A stretch of 64,000 nucleotides of DNA from contig JBBRPR010000016.1 of assembly GCA_038227875.1 (NCBI GenBank), forward strand, positions 1 through 64,000, read 5' to 3'. The stretch's first letter is position 1; every line of letters begins with the position of its first letter. The position numbers were made by a program, and so were the translations under genes. This document shows, one piece after another, positions 9,308-19,105 of this stretch. The notes under the pieces were generated by a model. That model had not been told where the DNA came from and made no database searches. It was given only the letters and a program-made list of their open reading frames with translations. This DNA is from Planctomycetota bacterium (GTDB taxonomy: Bacteria; Planctomycetota; SZUA-567; H5-PLA8).

Positions 9308-10213
9308 TCAGTTCGTGCCATACGGCTTTCCCAACGCCGCCGGCGCGGTCCGTTTCTGCGACTTCATGCACAGCGCGACCAGCGTCAGCGCGTACGGCAG
9401 CATCTCAATCAGGTCCGGGGCGAGGCTCTGCGAAGGCAGCGCGTCGCGCGAATAAAACGCGGCTCCGAAAAACAGGCACGCGGCAGCCGTGCCGAACGCG
9501 CCGTAGCGGCCGAGCACCACCGCGGCCAGCGCGACGAAGCCGCGGCCTTTCGTGCAGTTCGGCGCGAAACTGGCCGTCTGCGAGATCGTCAGGAACGCGC
9601 CGCCCAAGCCGCAGAAAATCCCGGCGGCCAGGCACGCCTTCCAGCGGCAGCGGAGCACGTTGACGCCGCTGGCTTCCGCCGCGGCCGGATTTTCGCCGAC
9701 CGCGCGTAGCTCCAGTCCGCGCTCGCTCCGTTCCAGGTAGTACCAGACGCCGAGGATGCTCGCGAGCGCCAGCCATGTCAGCGGCGTCTGCGCGAAGATC
9801 AGCGGACCGATCACCGGCACGTTCGACCAGCCGGGCAGTTCGCTATCCAGCGTCTTGAACGTCGGCGCGGCGAGCGCTTCGCGGCTCAGGCGCATCCACG
9901 CGGTGCCGGTCAGGCCCAGCGCGACGAGGTTCACGGCCATGCCGGTGACGATCTGGTCGGCGGAAAAGCGCAGCACCAGCGCGGCAAAGATCAGCATGAT
10001 CAGCGCGCCGCCGATCATGCCCGCCAGCGCGCCGACGAGCGGAGACTGGCAATACCACGAGGCAAAGAAACCCGAGAAGGCGCCGGCGAGCATCACGCCT
10101 TCGATGCCGATGTTGATCAGGCCGGAGCGTTCGAGCAGGACTTCGCCCAGGCCCGCGAAGAGCAATGGCGTTCCAATGCGCACAGTGGCGGCGAAGGCGG
10201 CGTTGCCATCCAT
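9308..10213 (-). CDS. Nucleoside/sugar ABC transporter permease (BPD_transp_2)
   Basis: ERSGLINIGIEG, LRAVGENPAAAEASG, GRGFVALAAVVLG. Confidence 0.92.
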   Translation of the reverse strand: MDGNAAFAATVRIGTPLLFAGLGEVLLERSGLINIGIEGVMLAGAFSGFFASWYCQSPLVGALAGMIGGALIMLIFAALVLRFSADQIVTGMAVNLVALGLTGTAWMRLSREALAAPTFKTLDSELPGWSNVPVIGPLIFAQTPLTWLALASILGVWYYLERSERGLELRAVGENPAAAEASGVNVLRCRWKACLAAGIFCGLGGAFLTISQTASFAPNCTKGRGFVALAAVVLGRYGAFGTAAACLFFGAAFYSRDALPSQSLAPDLIEMLPYALTLVALCMKSQKRTAPAALGKPYGTN

Positions 10214-10216
10214 GCG

Positions 10217-11293
10217 CTACACCCCCGCCTTGGCCGCAGCCGAGCCTTCGCTCGCACGCGACCGGGAGCTGGCGACGTGGCGGATCAGCACGGCGAGAAT
10301 GATCAGCCCTTCGACGAGGTAGACGACTTCATGCGAAACGCCGGCGTTGCGTTCCATGCTTCCCGTTCCGACCTCCAGCGCCGCGAAGAGCAGCGCCGCG
10401 GGGAGCGTCCAGAGCGGTTTGAGATCGGCGACCAGCGCCACGGCGATGGCCATGAAGCCGTAGTCGTCGCTGGGGTAGGGCGCCTTGTCGAGGCGGTAGC
10501 GCACGAGCACGCCCATCGCGCCGGCAAATCCGGCCAGCGCGCCGGCCATCGCGAAGGTCTTCAATTCCACGGCGGCAACGTTGATCCCGCAGGTTTTCGC
10601 GGCGGCGGGATTGAGTCCCGTGGCACGGAGCGAAAATCCCGACGGGGTATGAAAGAGGTAGACGTTGGCCCACGCCAGCAGCGGAAGGACGAGCAGGATG
10701 CCGGTATGAAATTCCGTCGCGCCCCAGCTCTGCAACTGCAGCCCGGCGGGAATCACATCGCTCTGCGAAATCACGCCGCGCGATTCGCGCAGCAGCGCCG
10801 GGTCGCTCAACAGATAACGCGCCAAAGCCAGTGCGATGAAATTGAGCATCAGCGTGCCGATGACTTCCGGTACGCCTCGCCAGCGCCGGAGCACGCCGGC
10901 GATCAGCGACCAGCACGAACCGACAATCGCGCCGAACAGCAACACCAGTGGAATGCCGAGGAACGGAACGGAAGCCAGCGTGCGGCCCGGTCCGTTCACG
11001 GCGATCGCGGCGGCCACGATCGCGCCCATGCGCGACTGGCCTTCGGTACCGATGTTGAAAATGCCGGCGCGGAAACTGAGCACCACGCCCAGCGCGTAGA
11101 AAATCAAGATCGCCGCGCGCGACGCGGTATCGGTCGCGGCATCCAGCGAACCAAACGCGCCCCGCCAGAGCGTCAGCAGTGCTTCACCGGGGTTCTGCCG
11201 CTGGCCGAACGCGAGAATCGCCAGCGCCAGGATGCTCACGGTGGTGCCAATGAGCAGCAACGGCCAAAGTGCGCCACGGAGAGTCGGATGCAT
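10217..11293 (-). CDS. Nucleoside/sugar ABC transporter permease
   Basis: FRAGIFNIGTEGQ, EVIGTLMLNFIA, LRATGLNPAAA. Confidence 0.92.
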   Translation of the reverse strand: MHPTLRGALWPLLLIGTTVSILALAILAFGQRQNPGEALLTLWRGAFGSLDAATDTASRAAILIFYALGVVLSFRAGIFNIGTEGQSRMGAIVAAAIAVNGPGRTLASVPFLGIPLVLLFGAIVGSCWSLIAGVLRRWRGVPEVIGTLMLNFIALALARYLLSDPALLRESRGVISQSDVIPAGLQLQSWGATEFHTGILLVLPLLAWANVYLFHTPSGFSLRATGLNPAAAKTCGINVAAVELKTFAMAGALAGFAGAMGVLVRYRLDKAPYPSDDYGFMAIAVALVADLKPLWTLPAALLFAALEVGTGSMERNAGVSHEVVYLVEGLIILAVLIRHVASSRSRASEGSAAAKAGV

Positions 11294-11345
11294 TGTGGCT
11301 GTGTTGTAGATTCAAATTGGAGAACAATCCAATTCAGAACCGGCC

Positions 11346-11366
11346 GTGCAGGCGGGACGCCTGCAC
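11346..11366. repeat. REP-like palindrome
   Basis: GTGCAGGCG-GGA-CGCCTGCAC, intergenic. Confidence 0.7.
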
Positions 11367-11377
11367 ACCCCGGCGGT

Positions 11378-11707
11378 TCATTGCGTCTTGATGCGGATCT
11401 TCTCGGCGGCGCGCGATTCGAGATCAGTCAGCGCCGGTCCGGTTCCCGCGAGATAGTCGACCAGGCGCGGCACGTCGGCTTCCGTGACGCCGGCCAGATA
11501 CGTGCCTTCCGGCCAGATCACGGCGTTGACGCCGTCGCGGCACAGGCCCATGCAGGTGCACTCGCCGTCGCGGAAGCGCTTGCGCAGCCCGCGTTCGCGC
11601 AGGGTTTGTTTCAAGAGCGTGCGCACGGCCACGCCGCCCTGCGGTCCGCAGGATTCGCCGTTGCAGACCAGCACGTGTTTCTCGAGGTACTTCGGGGCGT
11701 CGCTCAT
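11378..11707 (-). CDS. Thioredoxin-like [2Fe-2S] ferredoxin
   Basis: HVLVCNGESC...CMGLCRDG..IWPEG. Confidence 0.88.
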   Translation of the reverse strand: MSDAPKYLEKHVLVCNGESCGPQGGVAVRTLLKQTLRERGLRKRFRDGECTCMGLCRDGVNAVIWPEGTYLAGVTEADVPRLVDYLAGTGPALTDLESRAAEKIRIKTQ

Positions 11708-11737
11708 CGTCCGCGGTCTCGGCCTCTCAGGGTGGCA

Positions 11738-12523
11738 TCAAGGCTGAACGGTATTGAACGTCGGCGCGTTCAGCGGCAGGATGCTGAAGCTGCTGGCCGA
11801 GGCATCAAAGCGGGGCAGGTACTTGTCGAACGCATCTTCGCGCACGCTCCCGCTAATGCGATAAAAACGCGGCGCGTCGTCGACGACGTACTGCACGGTC
11901 TTGACCGTGGTCACGGTGTTGTCGGAGTTGGGCGACGACCACGTGTAGACCAGCCGCACGGCCTGGTACTTATCCTTGTCGATCTTCACGGTCGATTCGC
12001 TGACGAACTTGATGCTCGGATCTTCGGCCTGCAGACGGCCCTTGTATTCCTTGATGTACGATTCCAGTCGGCCGGCGGCGACGTCGAGGCAGATGGTCAT
12101 CAACGGAATGTAGCCGCGTTCCTTCGGTCCCTTGATATAGAAGTTGCGGCCGTCATGCGGATCCTGGAGCGTCCAATTGGCCGGCGGTCGGATCGCGTAG
12201 GTGTTCACGGGATCGCGGAACTCTTCGCCCAGGGTCGGAGGTCCGTCGGCTTTCGGCGTATTGCTCTGCACCATCAGGATGATGATCACGCCCAGCAGCA
12301 ACATGGCCAGGATCGTGGCGCCAAAGACCAGTTTCCACGCCAGTTTACTCAACGGGCTGGCCGGCGGAGGCGGCCCCCACTTTTTGCGCGGCGGTGGCTT
12401 GATGGCCAGCTTGGGCTTGGCGTCAGTCGTTGCGCCGGCCGGAGTTCGTTCCGACGTGGCCGGACCATCGCCTACTGGAGCTGGCGAATCGGGTGCGGTG
12501 TTCTCGACGGGTTCTGACGACAT
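11738..12523 (-). CDS. Single-pass membrane protein with PsbP/DcrB-like domain
   Basis: Pro-rich N-terminus, one TM helix, YAIRPPANW...FDASASSF; AGGAG RBS before ATG 12523. Confidence 0.65.
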   Translation of the reverse strand: MSSEPVENTAPDSPAPVGDGPATSERTPAGATTDAKPKLAIKPPPRKKWGPPPPASPLSKLAWKLVFGATILAMLLLGVIIILMVQSNTPKADGPPTLGEEFRDPVNTYAIRPPANWTLQDPHDGRNFYIKGPKERGYIPLMTICLDVAAGRLESYIKEYKGRLQAEDPSIKFVSESTVKIDKDKYQAVRLVYTWSSPNSDNTVTTVKTVQYVVDDAPRFYRISGSVREDAFDKYLPRFDASASSFSILPLNAPTFNTVQP

Positions 12524-12622
12524 GGTTTTGCTCCTGATGCGTACAGATATTACGCACAAGGTCGCTAAAAATCACAGAATATTTGTGAGGAGATGGCTGT
12601 TGACTGTCGGGAAGATTGCCGC

Positions 12623-13660
12623 TCAGCCTGCCTGGCTGGGCATCAGGACATACAGCGTTGAGCCTTTGCCGAGTTCCGACGACGCCCACACCTGGCCGTT
12701 GTTCTGGTTGACCAAGGCGCGGACGATCGAGAGTCCCAAACCGGTGCCGGGGAATGTCGCGCCGGTGTGTTCGACTTTGTAGAATTTCTGAAAGATGTTG
12801 TCGAGCTCGTCTTTGGGGATGCCAATGCCCTTGTCGCGAACGTAGATGCGCGTGGCCGTCGAGACCCGGGCTCGGTGGCCGGAATCGGTGGCCGAGGCCG
12901 GATGGCTGTGATCCGGCGTGATGTTCACCAGCTCCGCGCCGAGGATCACCGTCTGTCCGGCGGAGAATTTCTGCGCGTTGTTGAGGAGGTGACGGAGCAC
13001 TTCGATCATCGCCTGCCGATCGGCGTAGAGAGTCGGGCCGTCGGGTTCCGGCGAGAGGCGGATCTGGACGTCCATCGTGGTCGGGGTATTCGCCGTCGCC
13101 AGCGTTTTCAGCACGTCGTCGAAGAGTGCCTTGGCGCTGAAGACTTCGGGGGTGCGGCGCGAGCCAGTCTGCTCGATGTCGGAGATGTCGAGCACGTCTT
13201 CGATCAACTTACCCAGCCGCTGCGCTTCCTGGCTGACGATGGTAAGGAACTGGCGGCGGATTTCAGGCGAGACGAGCTCGGGATTGGATTCCGTCGGCCC
13301 GACGGTCTCCATCTTAAGCAACGCGCGCGCGAAGCCGTCGATGGACGCCAGCGGCGTGCGCAGTTCGTGCGAGACATTGCGGATGAAGCGGGACTTCATC
13401 CGCTCGATGTCCTCGACTTCATCGCGGATCAAGCGGAGTTCGGTGTCGTCGTGTTTGTTCTTAAGGCGGCGGGCGCAGACTTCCGTCAGGGAGGAGAGAC
13501 CCAGGATCAGATCGTCGACGGTGTCAACTTTTTCGGGGAATGGCGCGCTGCCGATGGTGGCAAGCCGGCGGCAGATGCGCCGAAAGGATTCCAGTTGACC
13601 ATCCGTAATATGATTTGGCTCGGCAGGACTGCCGGCCGACTCCTCGTCCTCATCAGTCAA
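12623..13660 (-). CDS. Cytoplasmic histidine kinase (HisKA-HATPase)
   Basis: VSHELRTPL, NAQKFS, DKGIGI, GTGLGL; no TM; TTG start overlaps the upstream stop. Confidence 0.92.
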   Translation of the reverse strand: MTDEDEESAGSPAEPNHITDGQLESFRRICRRLATIGSAPFPEKVDTVDDLILGLSSLTEVCARRLKNKHDDTELRLIRDEVEDIERMKSRFIRNVSHELRTPLASIDGFARALLKMETVGPTESNPELVSPEIRRQFLTIVSQEAQRLGKLIEDVLDISDIEQTGSRRTPEVFSAKALFDDVLKTLATANTPTTMDVQIRLSPEPDGPTLYADRQAMIEVLRHLLNNAQKFSAGQTVILGAELVNITPDHSHPASATDSGHRARVSTATRIYVRDKGIGIPKDELDNIFQKFYKVEHTGATFPGTGLGLSIVRALVNQNNGQVWASSELGKGSTLYVLMPSQAG

Positions 13661-14103
13661 TGGTCGCTGCCCCCAAGAAGTTCAGTGGGCTCAGCAGACT
13701 CGACGATCGTGTACTCAAATAGGTGATACAAATGAGCCATATGCAAAAAGCGACCGACCTGTGGTGAGACCAGCACATCGATCGTTTTTCCATTGGTCTG
13801 CATGGAGGTTATGGCGTCGACCAACATTCCGATGAAAAGCGAACTGACATATGTGCAGCGTGTGAGATCGAGCACCACGTGTGGTGACGGAGAATGCACC
13901 AGTCCATTGCACGCTTCCTGAAACGCGGCATAGTCTGCGCGTTGCAAAGTGCATTGCACTTGTAAGCGATCCTTCTCGAGGATCACTCGCTTCTCAGTAG
14001 TAGGCTGTGCAAATCGCGACACGGCTGGTTTAGACGGAACGGTCCCGTCTCTCCGGCAGAAACTAGTTAAAACGCGCCACAAACACCGATTCATGACGCG
14101 CAT
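13657..14103 (-). CDS. STAS-domain anti-anti-sigma factor
   Basis: VVLDLTRCTYVSSLFIGMLV; true start may be GTG 13986. Confidence 0.8.
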   Translation of the reverse strand: MRVMNRCLWRVLTSFCRRDGTVPSKPAVSRFAQPTTEKRVILEKDRLQVQCTLQRADYAAFQEACNGLVHSPSPHVVLDLTRCTYVSSLFIGMLVDAITSMQTNGKTIDVLVSPQVGRFLHMAHLYHLFEYTIVESAEPTELLGGSDH

Positions 14104-14136
14104 TGCGACAGCAGTGACACACGTATCTGATCTGCG

Positions 14137-14151
14137 GCAAGGTAGGTGCCA
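14137..14151 (-). promoter_or_regulatory. Sigma-54 promoter of the STAS-kinase operon
   Basis: Consensus match TGGCAC-CTACC-TTGC on the minus strand. Confidence 0.7.
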
Positions 14152-14203
14152 ATGACGTTCGTAGGTGAGGAATTATGTCGCCAAGGGAGGAATATAATGA
14201 AAC

Positions 14204-14227
14204 CGGAGCAGGTTTGTACCTGCTCCG
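14204..14227 (-). terminator. Hairpin after the TPR gene
   Basis: CGGAGCAGGT-TTGT-ACCTGCTCCG; short U tail. Confidence 0.55.
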
Positions 14228-14273
14228 ATCACATTGCTCTTTTTTAGACGTTCGCCTGCGGACTGTTTTCCAG

Positions 14274-15677
14274 CTATTCCTCAACGCGCTTGGTGATGTC
14301 CCGAAAGCTCACGTCGATTTCGTAGATTTCGAGAAAAAACTGTTTGGCTTCGTCTTTCCGGCCCGCTTTCTGCAACGTGTCGGCTTTGAAGTACATCAGA
14401 TTCTTCCACGCATCGTTCTTCATTTCCATGCCCTTGAGCGTCTCGTCGAAACGCTTCAACGCCAGTTCGTACTGTGGCGGCGTCTTGGCGGCGAAGGACT
14501 GGCCCATGCGCAGACCCGATTCGATGCGGAACTTGGGATCCTGGAAAGTGCTCTGGAAGCGTTTGATGGCTTCATCGAAGTACGACTTGTCCTGCTTCTC
14601 GATCGCCAGTTCCTGGTAGATGTAGCCGAGTTCGAACTTGGTCTTGCTGTCGGTCGAATACGCTTTCTCGCGGTCGACGAATGATTTCAAACGGTACTCC
14701 AGCAACGCCAGGCGGTCCTTCTTGTACTGCGCCATCGCGGCCGGATCCTTGGCTTTGACTTTGACTTCGAGCTGCTTGAGGCCGTTCATCATCTTCCAGA
14801 TCTCCAGGTCGTGGAGCTTGAAGAGGAAGGAGGGATTATTGGGATCCTTCTCGCGCGCCAGATCGTAGTGCTTCTTGGCTTCGGCGTAGTTGCCGCCGCG
14901 CTTGTGGAGATCGCCGAGGCCTTCGTAAATCTTCGGATCGTCGGGGCGCTTCTGCAGGTCGGAGAGCTTGTCGTTGATCGCCAACTGCAGGTCGGCGTCG
15001 TTTTTGATTTCGCTCGATTCGCGTTCCAGCCGGTCGGCGACCTTTTTCTGGTCGGCCGTCTGCGTCGAACGGGCCGCGCCGCCGCGCACGCCGGAACTGG
15101 CGGCCGTTTCGATCTTCAACTGCATCGTCTTGGCGGAAAGGTCGCGCATCTTGGTCGTGGCTTCGCGATCGCCGGGGGCGAGCTTGTTGACCTTCGACCA
15201 GATATCACTGGCTTCCGTGATCTTGCCGTCGATCTCGTAGGCCTGCGCGAGGTCGCGGAGCGCGCCGATGAGCGCCTTGTTGTTGCCGCCGGCGTTCATG
15301 GTGTTGATGTCTTCGAGCGTAACGATGGCGCGCTGACGGTAACCACCCGCGAGCGCCGCCCGCGCCAGCAGCACCAGCGCGTTGATGTTGCCCGGCTCGG
15401 TCTTCAGCACGTCTTCGACGGTGGTCAGGACCGAGTCGTATTTCTTGGCGACTTGAAGCGTCTGCGCCTTGGCCAGCAGCGCGGAGTTCTTGGCCTTGGT
15501 CATGAACGACGTCGGCTTTTCCTTCGCGAGCCGGATTTCAACGGCGCGCAGGTCTCTGCAGGCCGTGGCGCTATCGGGCGAAAGGGTTAACGCCTGGAGG
15601 TACAGATCGATCGACATGTCGTAATTGCGTTTGTCGGCACATTCTTTGGCTTTTTCGAGGAGCTTCGAGACATCCAC
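14274..15677 (-). CDS. TPR repeat protein
   Basis: Multiple TPR motifs; GTG start with AGGGGG RBS. Confidence 0.85.
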   Translation of the reverse strand: MDVSKLLEKAKECADKRNYDMSIDLYLQALTLSPDSATACRDLRAVEIRLAKEKPTSFMTKAKNSALLAKAQTLQVAKKYDSVLTTVEDVLKTEPGNINALVLLARAALAGGYRQRAIVTLEDINTMNAGGNNKALIGALRDLAQAYEIDGKITEASDIWSKVNKLAPGDREATTKMRDLSAKTMQLKIETAASSGVRGGAARSTQTADQKKVADRLERESSEIKNDADLQLAINDKLSDLQKRPDDPKIYEGLGDLHKRGGNYAEAKKHYDLAREKDPNNPSFLFKLHDLEIWKMMNGLKQLEVKVKAKDPAAMAQYKKDRLALLEYRLKSFVDREKAYSTDSKTKFELGYIYQELAIEKQDKSYFDEAIKRFQSTFQDPKFRIESGLRMGQSFAAKTPPQYELALKRFDETLKGMEMKNDAWKNLMYFKADTLQKAGRKDEAKQFFLEIYEIDVSFRDITKRVEE

Positions 15678-15904
15678 CGGATATCCCCCTTGGACGTGGT
15701 TGGTTTCGCTGACACCGAAGGAACTCAATCTTAAGCGAAAATTCCAAGTTGGCTAGTTAAAAGGCGGGGCGGCGCTGACGCACAGAGGGGTTAGGGGCCA
15801 CGGACCAGGGGTCTGAGGTGGGCGCGAGCAAGGAGGTGACTTAGGATGTGAGCGCGGTGGCGCGTGTGGGGCGACGACGTGCGGTCGGCCGGGATTATCG
15901 CTCG

Positions 15905-15959
15905 CACGGATGAACAGCCACCTTCGCTACGCTCAAGTGTCTGCGCATCCGTGGCACCA
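15905..15959. repeat. REP-like element (degenerate copy of 20620-20680)
   Basis: CACGGATG...CTACGCTCA...GCGCATCCGTGGCACCA. Confidence 0.7.
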
Positions 15960-15977
15960 TCTCGCAAACCAGCGCGG

Positions 15978-16739
15978 CTACCGCACGCCAATCGTGAGCG
16001 AGACCACGGCGGTTACGTCCTTCTCGATCGACGAGGTGTCGTTCATGCCGGAGGAGCTGACTTCGCTGGAGTTGGGACGGGTGATTTGGAGGACGCCCAT
16101 GCGGGCACTGTGAATGTCGGCCAGCGACGAGCCGGCGTTTACGGCGATCTGGTCGGCGCGGGAGCGCGCGTCCTTGGTGGCTTCGCCGATCATCTCGATC
16201 TTCAGTTCGCCCAGTTTCGTGTAAAGGTACTCCGGGGCCAACGATGCGACGCTCAGTCCGTCCTGCACCAGCTCCGTGACATCCGCGGCCGGTGCGGCGA
16301 TCGCTTCGACGCGCGAGGTTGTCACCGTGAACGTGCGGGAGAGCGTGTAGCCGGCGATCTCGGGCGTGTCGTTGCCCTTCTCGTTCTGCGTGTAATGCGT
16401 CTGCGTGTCGATCGCGCCGAGGACGATCTCGTCGGCTTTGAAGCCGCGCTTGTCGAGGAAGGTGGTGACGCGTTCGACGGCGGGCTTCAGATCCTGGAAG
16501 GCGCCTTTCAGATTCTTGCCGCTGCCCATCACGCGGATGTTCCAGACGGCCAAATCGGAGCGGATGCGCTTACGTGCGGAGCCTGTCACCGAGAGCGATT
16601 GCTCCGCCTGCTTGGTCAATTCGGCTCGCGCCTGGTACGCGCGCGAAGCGAGCAGCGTGCTGGCAATCAGCCCGCCTGCGCCGCCGACGGCGAGAATGAA
16701 AGCTGCGCTGAGCAGCGTGGATTTGAGCGTGTTTTCCAT
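15978..16739 (-). CDS. SIMPL (DUF541) domain protein
   Basis: Signal anchor, SVTGSARKRIRSDLAVW, ARMGVLQIT, DTSSIEKDV. Confidence 0.88.
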   Translation of the reverse strand: MENTLKSTLLSAAFILAVGGAGGLIASTLLASRAYQARAELTKQAEQSLSVTGSARKRIRSDLAVWNIRVMGSGKNLKGAFQDLKPAVERVTTFLDKRGFKADEIVLGAIDTQTHYTQNEKGNDTPEIAGYTLSRTFTVTTSRVEAIAAPAADVTELVQDGLSVASLAPEYLYTKLGELKIEMIGEATKDARSRADQIAVNAGSSLADIHSARMGVLQITRPNSSEVSSSGMNDTSSIEKDVTAVVSLTIGVR

Positions 16740-16830
16740 AACAGTTTTTGACCCCTTAATTATTTTCGATCAGGGGCGTGGGGGACTATAGGTTATTGCG
16801 TGGATTTCGTAAGAAAAATTAACAGATGGG

Positions 16831-16963
16831 ATCGGGGATTGGGCATCTGGCATCGGTCGTTGGGTGTGAGCACGAAGTAGTCGCGCAAATTGCAGGGATA
16901 GTTAACTGCAGTTCAAAGTGGGGGACGTTCCCATTAGCAGATGCCTGATGCCCGATCCCCGAT
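16831..16963. repeat. Element bounded by 24-bp inverted repeats made of heptamers
   Basis: ATCGGGGATTGGGCATCTGGCATC vs GATGCCTGATGCCCGATCCCCGAT (2 mismatches). Confidence 0.8.
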
Positions 16964-16980
16964 GTCATTCGTCGGGTCGT

Positions 16981-17211
16981 TCAGCTTCCCGAGTTATAAT
17001 CCTTCAGCGCATTCCGCTCCTGCGTGCGTTCCTGGCGGACTTTGGTCTCGTGTGCCTGTCGGCGTTCGGCGAGGGCGGCAGCTGCGGCGGCCTTGCTGCC
17101 GCTGCCGCATCCGCTGGCGCTCACGACCAGCGTCAACACGCAAGCCACCACCGACACGCGCCGCAGCAGAGCATTTTCAAGATTCATCGCCATCCTCCTG
17201 CTCGTCATCAC
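16981..17211 (-). CDS. Small lipoprotein
   Basis: Hydrophobic stretch plus ASGC lipobox; AGGAGG favours a start at MAMNLE. Confidence 0.6.
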   Translation of the reverse strand: MMTSRRMAMNLENALLRRVSVVACVLTLVVSASGCGSGSKAAAAAALAERRQAHETKVRQERTQERNALKDYNSGS

Positions 17212-17239
17212 TTTAATGAACGCTGCCGACGCACTCCCA

Positions 17240-17267
17240 AGAGCCTAGAGCCTAGAGCCAGGAGCCA
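17240..17267. repeat. Heptamer tandem repeat (AGAGCCT)
   Basis: 4 imperfect units. Confidence 0.8.
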
Positions 17268-17269
17268 AC

Positions 17270-18331
17270 TTAAGAGCCAGCCACCGCGCTCGGCACCAGA
17301 CCGTGCTGCTTTTCCCACGCTTCAATTTCGCCGGTGAAATACAGCAGGCGGATCTTCTTGTACTCCTTGTAGGAGTACAACGTCGCGAAATCCTTGACGC
17401 CGGTTTTCTGGGAGAGCTCGGCCAGATAATCGTCGCAGGACGCCACCTTCTTGGAGTGGACCATGGTGAACACGTTGTAGGGCCAGTCGGGATACGTCGG
17501 GCGCAGGTAGCAGTGCGTGATCGGCTGCTGCGTGGAGAAGAATTCGCCGACTTCATCGACGCGTTCCTTGGGCACGTTCCAGACGCCCATGCCGTTGGCG
17601 CGGAAACCGGCGTGGCGATGGTTCATGATGCCCGCGACGCGGCGCATGCGACCAATCGCCTGGAAATTGCGGCACCACTCGAAGATCTCTTCGGTCGTCG
17701 TGCCCAACTGCTGGGCAACCGGAGCGAACGGATCGGGGCGCACTTCCATGTCAACCTGGAGCGCTTTCACGTAACGGATGTCTTTTTCCGACAGCGCCGG
17801 CTTTTCACCTTCGCGCTGTTTGTCGGAGTACATCGGGCCGTCCTCGTCGACGCCGGCCTTCTTGGCCTTGCCGTCGGTCATGTCCAGCTTCATGCCGATC
17901 TTGAACAGGCGCAGCGTGGGCATCAGGCGGATGGACTGCGCGCCGCTGAGTTCCTGCAGCGTGTCCATGTGCGCCTGCAGGCTGGAATTTCCCGGAACGG
18001 CGATGGTGAACCAGATGTTGAAGTCGTGCTTGCGCGCGTAATTGTGCGAGACGCCGGGATGCTGATTGAGAATCTCAGCGACCTGGTCGGCCTTGCCTTC
18101 CGGCGCTTTGCAGGCGACGAGGCTGGACTGGTAGCCCAGGCTGCGCGTATCGAAAATCGTCGAGATCTGGCGGAGAATCTTGTCTTCCTTGAGCTTGCGC
18201 ACGCGCGCCACGATCTCGTCTTCGCTCAAGTCGAGCTTTTCGCCCAGCACCTTGAACGGACGGTCGACCAGCGGGACTTCATCCTGCATCAGGTTGAGCA
18301 GAAACTGTGATTTTTCGTCGATGTCGACCAT
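17270..18331 (-). CDS. ahbAB: Fused siroheme decarboxylase AhbA-AhbB (NirDL/GH-like)
   Basis: Two AsnC-like halves: GVSHNYARKHDFNIWFT and ITHCYLRPTYPDWPYNVFTMVH, EYKK; GGAGG RBS. Confidence 0.88.
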   Translation of the reverse strand: MVDIDEKSQFLLNLMQDEVPLVDRPFKVLGEKLDLSEDEIVARVRKLKEDKILRQISTIFDTRSLGYQSSLVACKAPEGKADQVAEILNQHPGVSHNYARKHDFNIWFTIAVPGNSSLQAHMDTLQELSGAQSIRLMPTLRLFKIGMKLDMTDGKAKKAGVDEDGPMYSDKQREGEKPALSEKDIRYVKALQVDMEVRPDPFAPVAQQLGTTTEEIFEWCRNFQAIGRMRRVAGIMNHRHAGFRANGMGVWNVPKERVDEVGEFFSTQQPITHCYLRPTYPDWPYNVFTMVHSKKVASCDDYLAELSQKTGVKDFATLYSYKEYKKIRLLYFTGEIEAWEKQHGLVPSAVAGS

Positions 18332-18398
18332 GGAACCTCCGCCGTGATTGTTTTTCAGGACCACACGGTAACAGGTTTTGCGGGGAGATTCAAGCCGT

Positions 18399-19088
18399 TC
18401 AGGCGCGCTGCTTGTCGGCCATCAACAGGCCCTTGTCGAGATGCAACTGCCGCCGCGCGGTTCCGGCCACGCGCGGGTCGTGCGTGACGACGATGATCGT
18501 CTTGCCAAAATCCTTGTTCAGCGAGACCATCAGGTCCATGATCTCCTGCGCCGAATGGGCGTCGAGATCCCCGGTCGGTTCGTCGGCCAGCAGCAGATCG
18601 GGATCGGTCGCCAGCGCGCGGGCGATGGCGACGCGCTGTTCCTGGCCGCCGGAAAGTTCGTCGGGGCGGTGGTGCATGCGCTGTTCGAGCCCCACGATTT
18701 TCAGCGCCATCTCCACGTGCTCACGCCGCTCGCGCTTGGAGAGCGGCAGCAGCGTCAGTGGCAATTCGACATTCTGATACGCCGTCAACACCGGCAGCAG
18801 GTTGTAGGCCTGAAAGATGTACGCGACGTGGTCGGAGCGCCAGCGCGCCAGTCCGCGCGAATTGAGCTGGCCCAGGTCTTGTCCGCAGACGATCACGCTT
18901 CCGTCGGTGGGCGTGTCGAGACCGCCGAGCAGGTTGAGCAGCGTGGTTTTGCCGGAACCCGACGGACCCATCAGCGCGACGAAGTCGCCGGCGTCGATGG
19001 TCAGACTGACGTTGTCGAGCGTGCGGATATCGACTTCGCCCTTGGTGTAAATTTTCGTCGCGTTGATCAGTTCAATGATGGCAGGCAT
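18399..19088 (-). CDS. MacB/LolD-type ABC ATP-binding protein
   Basis: GPSGSGKT, LSGGQEQRVAIARA, ADEPTG, VVTHD. Confidence 0.95.
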   Translation of the reverse strand: MPAIIELINATKIYTKGEVDIRTLDNVSLTIDAGDFVALMGPSGSGKTTLLNLLGGLDTPTDGSVIVCGQDLGQLNSRGLARWRSDHVAYIFQAYNLLPVLTAYQNVELPLTLLPLSKRERREHVEMALKIVGLEQRMHHRPDELSGGQEQRVAIARALATDPDLLLADEPTGDLDAHSAQEIMDLMVSLNKDFGKTIIVVTHDPRVAGTARRQLHLDKGLLMADKQRA

Positions 19089-19105
19089 TTACATTTTCCC
19101 GCCGG

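Noticed and set aside
10277..12517. 746-aa plus-strand ORF
   Set aside because: Antisense shadow of three well-supported minus-strand genes; typical of high-GC DNA.
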